A DNA stretch of 63,509 nucleotides, taken from contig MQRK01246158.1 of the NCBI GenBank assembly GCA_001938485.1, forward strand, positions 60,651 through 124,159. The letters run 5' to 3'. This document shows, in pieces, positions 54,601-63,509 of this stretch (position 1 is its first letter; every line of letters begins with the position of its first letter). The notes under the pieces were generated by a model, which did not search any database, was not told where the DNA came from, and worked only from the letters and a program-made list of their open reading frames with translations. The translations under genes and the position numbers were made by a program. Source of the DNA: Girardia tigrina (lineage: Eukaryota).

Positions 54601-57600
54601 TCTTCCATTGATCTTTTTCCGCATCTGTTTTTCTCCCCTCCATATTTGATTGTCTCATACTCCTCTGAAGTTTCCGTCTTACAGTTAGAAGTAAGCCTTT
54701 TACTAGTGATAATATTCAGGGGATGGGGGAGTCCAATGTCCAGGATATACATTTAGATCTTTTCAATCTTGTGTTTCTTCGGAACTATGCACGTGCATAG
54801 GTTATGAAGGGCATCCAACTTTTTAATGTTCTTTCACAGCCATACTAGACTACGGAGAATATTCATGCGTTCATAACTTTATTCTTATTCCTCATACTCA
54901 GTTTGAGCTCTTCTGGGTTTCTTTCTTGATTCTTTCCTCCACTTTCGCGTCCATATTTCCTGCTGAAGAGATCGTGGATCCTAAGTAACAAAAGCTAGAG
55001 ACCCACTCAATACCTGCCTCAAGCTGGTGCCCAGCAGTTACGTGCTACAAATGCAATAAAACTTGGTATATAACGAGATTTTGAAGAACAATAATATGTT
55101 ATGAATGCGCCGGAAATCACAAAAAACTCACTTTCTGAACCTTTACACTGTGAAGGTGATGCAGGAAAAAGAACTATCAGATACTAAGAACATTAACTCT
55201 ACATCTCATTCTTCAAGATCAAAGAATATGTAGTTTAAGGCAATTTCAAAATCTAAACCAGAAAAACGGGATTTGACCAAACAGTATGTTGATTATATCA
55301 ATGGTATGGCTAAAAAGCCTAAAAGTCAACTATACAAAAGTTACTGATGAAAATTCCGACACTCTATCAAGATTGGGTTATTGTGAATAATGCACTCTAA
55401 ATCATAAAGAACCACTGAAAAGATGAAGTGTTCAAGTTTTCAAAGATAGTTCAAGCAATTCAAGCATTGAAAAACTATAAATTATTTAAAAATGATGACA
55501 ATCAATTTAAAGATCTTGTAATTGTATGAATGATTAAAATGATTGCAAAAAGTATAACCATAAACGAAGTATCTACGGAAATCAAAGAAGATAAATGTTT
55601 TAAAAAATATTTGCAAGTTTATCAGATCTAACACTACGATTTGACTTACTTTATTTACTAGACAATGACATTTACATACTAGTTATTTCAAAGTCTCCTA
55701 GATATATTATTATTCAAAAAATGCACGAAGGTCTGGGACATAGATATAAAGAGAACCACAGTTGCATTGAAAAATCACACTACTGCCCACGTATAGATCT
55801 ATAATTAAATTATTATGGGAACAATGGATATCAAATTATGGAAAACTAGAGCGTATACATTCAGATAAGGGTTCTTATTTTGTTTCTGTTGAATTTAAAA
55901 CCTTTTATTTTTCGATAAATATTAATCAAACTCAAAGCCCACCGTATTATCCCAAACAAATGGACTAATTGTACGAGTTTTTCGAACAGCTAAAGAAATG
56001 ATAAATACTTCTATGTATTCTCGTAACACACGAGATTGGACAGATGTTCTTACAATTGTCTGAAACGAATTGCGATGTACAACACAGAAAACCATGGGGT
56101 ATAGCCTTTTGAAATAGATTATGGAAGAAAACCGTCATTACTAATTTTTTATGGAAGAAACGAGGGCAGAAGAACAGAAATGAATATGTATCATCATTAA
56201 AAAACACGCAACAATAGCTGAATAAATTAGTCACAGATAATATAAAAATAATTTGAAGAATTCAAGTAATCTTTATAATAGAGAAATGTAGTTTACCAAG
56301 TTCAGAGTTGAAAACAAAGTGTTAATAAAGAAGCTGGGAAAAGAGAAGATTAGGGAAAATAAAATACGTCGGATTATTTACTATAAAGAAAATAAATAAT
56401 GATTTGACTTATGAATTATTGGAAAAAGTATCTCACAAGCTCGTGAAAAGAAATTACAATCAAGTTAAAAGATATAAAGGAAGATTAAGTATTCCTTGTG
56501 ATGGGAAATCAAGTGTATCATCCAGCTGCGTCGCAAAAACGATGGGGAAGGAAAACAGATATGCAGTATAAAGTACAAGAAATCCAATTCCTAAATATCA
56601 GTGACCCCCGATTAAAATTTATGATAATATATTTTAAAAATTAAAAAACTAAAAATATTTAAAAACAATATATATTTGTTTAAATAATATTTTATATAAT
56701 AAATATTAATCTTGTTAGACTTTTATTGACTTTATAATTATTCAGATATATACAACAAATATATACCATGGTGAAAAACCAATGTTGTACAAGAGATATT
56801 TAGATGATGTCTTTTGGTTTTCAGAAATCAATCCCTCATAGAATCATTTCTAACATTTATGAATGGTCTTCATCCTAATATTAAATTTTTCAAAGAATAA
56901 GAAGTAAATAAACTTCCTTTTTTGGACATTCTTGTCACTAGGAGGAATGGAGGTTAAAAAACTGAATTATTCAGAAAGGCAGTGGATATATGTCTTTGCA
57001 CAACAACTGATGGTGGTCGACAAAGTAGTTGCCAGTCTGAAAGCGATGTCGAAATTGGTGACGACACCCGAGGATATCGCGCAAGTCTCGAATATTTCTA
57101 CGAACGAGTACAGATTGATCGGTGATTTGATATCGGATGCGATCAAGAAGGTCGGGAAGGACGGTAAAACGCTGCACGGTGAACTCGAAATGAAAAAGAA
57201 AATTAAGAAGCCGCTCGTGCTGAAACAACTAATGTTCCGGCTGCAGGTGTGTGCGATAAAGTTTTAGATAATTTTTTTAATAATAAAACTTGTAATTAAA
57301 TAGATTTTAAAACGAATAAAATAAGATCTGAAAAATAGTTATCCTGTGATCCATCAATTGCTCAAAATTAAGAGTCAAAACCATTTGCATCGTAAGCCTT
57401 ATATAAAACGCACATTTCCTGATCATATATTTTTAATTCCTCAAAAGAATTTTACTATATCTTTAAAAGCGTGTCTGAATTTAGCCCAACATCATAAACT
57501 CTCGCATTCTTCTTGTACAGGCTATTGTCTTAAAATTCGTTCACGATTCTTCAAATTTTAGAATGACTGCTAACAATGTTCTAATGTCCATGTTGTCGTA

Positions 57601-60600
57601 TAGCTTTGCAGCAACGGATTAACAAAAAGAAATATCTAATTAATAGTTATTTATCAAACATCGAATTTTATAGAAACCGTCAATCTGAGATTCTTAAAAC
57701 ATGGTTTTAATTTAAAGAAACAAAATTAAACATTAGGATTTTTTAAAGAAATTACCTGATAAAACAATAGAACTAATCATTAAGATTTTTGAATAGGAAT
57801 TACATTTTAAAGTAACTTGTGATCGGTTCAGTTGGAGCATGAATGTCAGATACATGTATGATCCGATCAGACAATTTGCTGAATTTCAAATAATCATCAT
57901 ATATAAGTCCAATAATTGTTTACATAAATTTATCTTTTCCAATGTCGATGAAGCTAAAAAGTTATTTAGTTTTATTTGAACTGTTTTCATTCTGTTTATT
58001 TCTTTTAGATAGATCGAAAATTTATAATCCTTTTCGAAACTGTACAAAAGAATTCCGCACCAATTTTTGATATAAACAGAGAAATTCAATCCGGAATTAT
58101 TGACGATACTTCCGTTGAGCTCTTTGTAGACGAAATTATCTTTTGACTCGGTCCAGTTATACAAAATTTTTAAAACTAATATTAAATATAAGTACCAATA
58201 AATATATTTATGTATTAAAGATAAACGTCATAATTTATTACTTAAGATTGATCATTGATGATCATCGAATATTTAATAACGTATTTATAAAATGAGGTTT
58301 TTCCTAAAAAATATTTAAATATTGATAAACTAATTTTCATCATGGAAATGGAAAACTTTATTTTAACAATGAGATTTATAAAGGTAGATAAAAACTTAAT
58401 TGAAGCCATGTGCACAGAGTACACATTACAGGAAAGAGAAGGTTAAACGCATTTGAAAATCTGTAACATTATGTAAAGTTCAGTTAGAACAAAATGAATG
58501 AAAATTGTGAGGTAATTTTATAATCATTAAATCTATTTAATTATAAGTTCCATTTTATTTAAAACATTTATTTTTAAATATTATTAATATTGAAACTTAG
58601 ACGTTTCCAGGAATTTTATATTACATTTCTATTTCTTACTTTTAAAATTTAATGTTAATTTAAAATGTTTTTATCTTTACGTAGAATTAGACGTATTATT
58701 TGTCACGTTGTTTGAAAGTAAAATTAAAATTGTTATTGTAATATTCACGATTTATCGAACGTTTTAAAATTATATTTTGATCGTGGAAATAAATCATTAT
58801 TTGCCGTTGCTGGAATTACAAGCTATTTGGGGGAAATACGAATCGAAAATGTTAATTGCCCTTTTCCCTGATACGACGGAATGTCGACTCCAATTAGAGC
58901 AGCGATTCCCAAACTGGGGTATGCGTATCCCTAGGGGTACTCGAAAGGTTACTTAGGGGTACTCAAAAAAAGTATTATTGCGGAAAATGCAATTCAAATC
59001 TAGCCTAAAAACTCAAAAGTATTATTAAACACATTGCAAATGGTATTTTCTTATATTTAAATTAAATAATAGGAAATAGTACCGTATACTGATGTTTAAA
59101 CACATATATAAGGGCAAAATACTAGTCTATTAAGTACAAAATCGTATACGATCACTCTTAATGAGGTGTTTGCTTCTGATATATGATTGGTGGACAGGAA
59201 GCCGTGTCTCCACGATATTTTGGTAGGAGAAGAAATGTTTGTCGATTCATCTTCTAAAATACTCAGAGAATCAGCGGGGCTATTAAGAATTCGTGTGTGA
59301 GAAATGTGACACGCAGCAAATTCTGATTCCGGTCGCGAATCAATAATCAATACATTCTCATTCTGTTTGATACATTTGTGGAATTCTTCCACGTTAACGA
59401 ATTCCTTCACGACATTATTGAAGTCTTTCACTGGCTCTTTTTTTATTTCTCTTTGTTTATCGAGCTCATATCGCGTTTGTAAACTATCTTTTAACTTTTC
59501 TACTTTCTCAAATGCCTGATTAACTTTCTCGGAATCGCACATCACGTTAATGAATTTTGTATCGCTTTTAAATGACTTTTTAACTTCAGAAAGCATCGTC
59601 AGGAATCTCATAACATAGATGTACACTATTTCCTCATCTTTTTTTAGAAGAGATTTTTCATATTGCTCATAAAGTTTCGACAATGTTACACATGTCTTCA
59701 TGATACTGACAGTAACATATTTTGAGATTTCAGACTTTTTCTCAAGTTCTTTGAAGTTTTAACATAAATAAACTGGTTTTTTATCTTTTTTTTATTTATA
59801 GTTAGATAAGACGAAATTCAGCAGTTCTCAAATATTTATTAATTGTTTTAATTGTGACAAAGTCACGTACACATTTTTTAAAAAAAAGCAAACACACACA
59901 CAACAAACACACATTCATCCAATTACAATTCACTTTCTTTTCTTTACAAACATGCATTCACCCAATCGACTTAACACACACCACACAACACACAATCCAG
60001 ACATTCAATCAAAATTCCAAAAAAATAAAATGAGGCTCACCATTAATTTAATCACATTGTGATTACATAATTTGACTTCATTTAGTAATCGATCGACTAT
60101 CACGAATATTTTTTTCTTTAAAAATTCAACAATTTCAATAAAGGAATTTTACAAAATTCGACAATTAAAAAAAACTCAAAAGACATTCTTTAATTTAATT
60201 GTTTTAATTTAGTTATTTTATTTATTTAATTTATTTACTTAATTTTAAATAGATTTATTTAAATATTTTAATTTATTTAATTTATTAATTTATTTATATT
60301 TTTTTTATTTATGAATTTCTGAAACTGGCAAAAAATATTCGGTCAAATTGGCAATTTTCCGCTCCTATTGGTCATCTGAAATTACTAAATCATTTCATTT
60401 TTGTATATATTTATATATATATATATATATATACATATACCTTGAAAGTTTCTGTTTTAATAAGTAATCATAGTTATAATTTGTTATTTATTGTCTCGAA
60501 TCGGGTGTTTAATTTTTCAAATTCTGAAATTTTTTATTTTTTAAACAAACCCTAACCCTAACTCTAACCCTAACCCTTAATCTAAACCCGACCCCGAACC

Positions 60601-60707
60601 CTAACCCGTAACACGATTTTTGCCACAAAAAAATAAATTAATTTAATTATCTTCTTACAATGGTAAGTAAATAATATGAGAATTACGCAGATGAAACATT
60701 TGGGTTT

Positions 60708-60746
<39 letters not shown>

Positions 60747-61652
60747 TAGGGGTGCCCACTAAGTAAACAATCAGGTAGAGGGGCACTCTAATGAAACAAA
60801 GTTGGGAACCGCTGAATTAGAGAATGGAGAACGAAGTTTGAAATAATTGCCGCATGTCAGGGAATTTCCGATCCTAAAGAGTTAGCTAAAATCTAGCCCT
60901 TATTCCTCGAGAGAGAGCGGGATTCACGATCAACGAAAATATCAATGAGAAGCAGAGGAGCTATTAGGAAGTAACGTCACTTTTAATTAAATCGTTTGAT
61001 GTAGATGAGTTCGGCGTATTTGAGCAGCTGTTAGGAACTTTTTGGTCATCTAAATTTAGAGTGGGAGAAAAAGTTTGGGTGAAACCAAATCAGATCCAGC
61101 GTTGTAGTGAAAGATGGAAAGAATGAGTCATCAAAGAAGTCCTGTTCAACTTTTTGTCTTTATCAGAAACGTCGATTCATTGTATCATGTCGCCGATACT
61201 TCTGATAATTCTGATACTTCTCAGAGATTCTCATTCACTTAAACTAAATAGGAAAGTATAACGAATACATTAAAGAAGTCTTAAGTAATAATTTTGCTGT
61301 TTCTCTAAATATAAAACTTTTTAAACTTTTTATTTTTATTTAAAATTATATTTAATAATGATCATATGAAAGAAAGTTTAAAACGAAAGACTCAACTTAA
61401 TTTTTCTATTATACCCTTCCATATTTTACGCCATAATGTTTAAAAGTCTTTTACGCTCGAATCGACAAAATTTCTCAAGAATCCGTCATCAGTTCTAATT
61501 AAACATATTTTTAATATCTAACTAATTTAATTAATTATTTATATTTTAAATTAATGAAATCTCTTATGATGATAAAATGTTAGAAAAAAATAGTTAAATA
61601 TCAAAATAAAATTACCTGAAAATATCAAATAAATAATGAATTTGTTCAACAT
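45690..61652 (-). CDS. LamG-EGF-like-LamG single-pass receptor, copy D (11 exons, ~518 aa)
   Basis: Exons 61652-61616 ([12 protein letters not shown], signal-like), 58175-57924, 57878-57756, 53079-52753, 52700-52562, 52509-52341, 52299-52176, 52133-52030, 47020-46941 ([25 protein letters not shown]), 46894-46787, 45783-45690 (..[13 protein letters not shown]). Total 1557 nt, open frame. Confidence 0.8.
47196..48463 (+). mobile_element. Full-length 1268-bp mariner, defective (mellifera-like TIRs), in an intron of copy D
   Basis: TIRs TTGGGTTGGCCAAAAAAGTCATTGCG / CGCAATGACTTTTTGGTCAACCCAA with TA TSD. Motifs RSGRP, WLPHEL, TCDEKW, HDNARPH and YSPDLAPSD. Several stops and frameshifts. Confidence 0.98.
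51330..51800 (+). mobile_element. Penelope-like element 3' end (GIY-YIG plus 3' UTR)
   Basis: [19 protein letters not shown] and [39 protein letters not shown]. Same family as the 30.4-30.8-kb copy. Confidence 0.85.
51708..51748 (+). ncRNA. Hammerhead ribozyme (minimal type I, PLE-associated)
   Basis: TGAC-CTGAAGA-T-GACGG(TAGAT)CCGTC-GAAA-TATA-TT-GTTA: intact core, 5-bp stem II, stem I UGAC/GUUA and palindromic stem III. Confidence 0.75.
53220..54960 (-). mobile_element. NeSL/R2-like non-LTR retrotransposon 5' remnants
   Basis: C2H2-like [21 protein letters not shown] near 53420-53490. ORF 54091-54570 has an ERLNRSRK...CP segment resembling the pre-RT region. Confidence 0.4.
54990..56610 (+). 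mobile_element. Ty3/gypsy remnant (zinc knuckle plus integrase)
   Basis: VTCYKCNK knuckle, [12 protein letters not shown] and SPPYYP.TNGLI integrase-core motifs, and an [16 protein letters not shown]-terminal motif. Confidence 0.8.
56760..56945 (+). mobile_element. Penelope-like RT remnant
   Basis: YKRYLDDVF and [21 protein letters not shown]. Confidence 0.8.
57005..57267 (+). pseudogene. HSPD1: HSP60 (chaperonin 60) fragment with internal deletions
   Basis: [26 protein letters not shown]...[28 protein letters not shown] and LQVCAIK match mitochondrial Cpn60 segments in order, with intervening parts deleted. Confidence 0.85.
59250..59787 (-). pseudogene. USP8: USP8/UBPY N-terminal fragment (MIT-like dimerisation domain plus start of rhodanese domain)
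   Basis: [41 protein letters not shown] and [17 protein letters not shown] correspond to USP8 LYL..LKDLNKK, RDEERAYVLYMKY, LSESLKLRYE and LIIMDARR. One in-frame stop; no catalytic domain. Confidence 0.85.
60548..60612. repeat. Degenerate (CCCTAA)n telomere-like array
   Basis: About 10 imperfect CCCTAA units inside the hAT element. Confidence 0.8.
60830..61260 (+). mobile_element. LTR-retrotransposon integrase C-terminal remnant
   Basis: [25 protein letters not shown] homologue lies on - at ~48800-48900 ([20 protein letters not shown]). Confidence 0.6.
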
Positions 61653-62749
61653 TTCGAAAATTAATAAATATTTAATAATTATATATTTGTATAAGTGAAG
61701 CAATTTGTTTATAATTATTATTATCACATGAAATATCTATTTTAATATTATATTTATTTCTTATTACTATTTGTGCAGATTATTTTATTTTCCTTTGTTC
61801 GAACAATAAATTCGATTTATAAATTATTTCTTCTCTACCTCAAGTGTATTTCCATCAAACAAAAATTAGTCGCTTTATCTCCACCTCTCCGAACTGCTGT
61901 TTGGATTTCGGGCGATACTAGTTTTTTGGCGACTATTATCTACAACCAGTAACGCACTTCATGGCCTCGCCACCATATCTGTCGGGATAAATGTGCAAAG
62001 CCGATATGTTTAAGTCAGTGCGATCACATTTACGTGCTGAACCGCGTTGACACTTTTTTTTCTTGTTACCAAAGCTATCGTAAAAGTAGCATAAAACATG
62101 TCGTTGATTAATCAAATTATACTTTCCCTGAGAAGATTTACTTCAGCGTGTGGCTTACTGTGGGAGGTGGTTACATTGAGTGTAGTTTGTTTTGTCAAAT
62201 CCGTGATCAATGACTCCATTTGCGTGATTTCTGTTCGAAAATACGGAAACTTGAGTGTCTTTTTGAGATGAGTTCCGCTTAGGAACTGTCGGGTTGAACA
62301 TTACTTGATTGTATCGGTCAGCGTCTTTCTGAACTATTTTAGCATTGCGGTCTGCGATGCAAGCAAATTCTCTGAGATCCTTTTAAGTAATATTTTTTCT
62401 ACTTACCAAGTCCGTGTCTTTCTTCATTGGGCACCGGGCATTTGGGCTCCGATTGACGTCGTTTATTTTGGAACCATTTTTTTCTCTCTGTATTTGGTGA
62501 CTTATGTTTTAGTTGATTGTCTTGGTCACGTAATTTTGGGTGTTGAATTTGTTTGACCAAGTATTTTTTGGAGTCGAAATTTTTGGTCACGTATTTATTG
62601 ATTAAAATTTTCATTAGGATTTATTACAAATATGTTTGTATATTTTTTCCTTTTACTGAGGATGATCACCATATTATTCTTTTTCTAAGAAATCTATCAA
62701 CTAATTCTAAAAAGATCCGTTGATAGAAAGGAAAGTAAAAATATTATTA

Positions 62750-63509
62750 AAACAGTGGTCGTAATTGTCCAATCTTGGTATCGTTTCAATACACATCCAT
62801 CCGAAGAGAATTAAAAGAACATCTCACTCGTTTGTATATCCTATTATTTATTTTACAGATCAATGCAAGCTCAAATGATTCTTTCTGAACGAAACTTCAA
62901 CTTTCAATTTTCATCAAATTTTTGGAAAATGATATTTTATAAATGAGGTCAATTTTTTAAGGCTCATTCCAATCGAACATAGCAAGTACTTTTGTAAATT
63001 TCTAAGATTGTTAATGCATAACACCGACTAAGTGATATAACTCGCATTTAATGTTTGGAATTCTTTAATTAACTTATCTAACTTTGAGCTAACTAATGAG
63101 GAACGGGAAATTTTAAAATTTGGTCCTAATCATGGAATAAGATCTTCGTTAAATACATGGAAATTAAAATCTAAAATCGAATATATTTATCAACAATATG
63201 AAAAAAGTATAATTGGCAATGGCAATGGTAAAATTAAAATTATTCAAAAAGATCAAAAAGATAAAAAGGAAAGCAAATATGCTCTGGACTCTTCAGTATC
63301 AAATATTGAAAAGACAGAAAAACAATCACAGATTCAAAATATCATAGGTTATGTATTAAAAGACAAACAATTTGAATTGAAAACGGCTAAAAATATTTAC
63401 ATTAATAACAATAAGAAAATGAAGAATAATGAAGAAAAAACATTAAAGGATTTAAGAAAAAAGAAGGACATAATAATTACAAAATTTGATAAAGGTAACG
63501 GCCTCGTCA
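62750..63509 (+). mobile_element. Penelope-like ORF N-terminal region, running off the window
   Basis: INLSNFELTNEEREILKFGPNH...LKDLRKKKDIIITKFDKGNGLV, typical PLE pre-RT motifs. Confidence 0.85.

Larger units (their letters stand above)
58900..60814. mobile_element. Non-autonomous hAT element with 8-bp TSD, carrying a USP8 fragment
   Basis: Ends CAGCGATTCCCAAACT and AAGTTGGGAACCGCTG, with GGGGTAC/GGGGCAC subterminal repeats. AATTAGAG flanks both ends (58892-58899 and 60815-60822). Confidence 0.9.

Noticed and set aside
57879-57923. In-frame TGA suggesting stop-codon readthrough or an alternative genetic code
   Set aside because: It lies in a 45-nt GT-AG intron whose position is conserved in copies B (46 nt) and C (46 nt).

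Overview
A very AT-rich, intron-containing eukaryotic (invertebrate-like) scaffold with four N-gaps; the organism cannot be named from sequence alone. The ORF track hides the main content: a cluster of four divergent, spliced paralogs of one single-pass membrane receptor family. Its architecture is laminin-G-like domain, degenerate EGF-like linker, second laminin-G-like domain, TM helix and a short tail with YxxI/V motifs, resembling the C-terminal half of Caspr/Neurexin-IV. I reconstructed the exons by hand: copy A is 3' exons only (1211-1447, +), copy B is 5951-18689 (+), copy C is 36822-25515 (-, first exon not found) and copy D is 61652-45690 (-). They share intron positions and phases, and most short introns are 41-55 nt. 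The long introns and spacers hold transposon debris: several mariner families, Ty3/gypsy, LINE-like and Penelope-like elements (two with hammerhead ribozyme cores), MITE-like inverted repeats, and a hAT element with a perfect 8-bp TSD that carries an intronless USP8 N-terminal fragment. HSP60 and probable RanBP2 gene fragments are also present. No rRNA, tRNA or CRISPR features were found.
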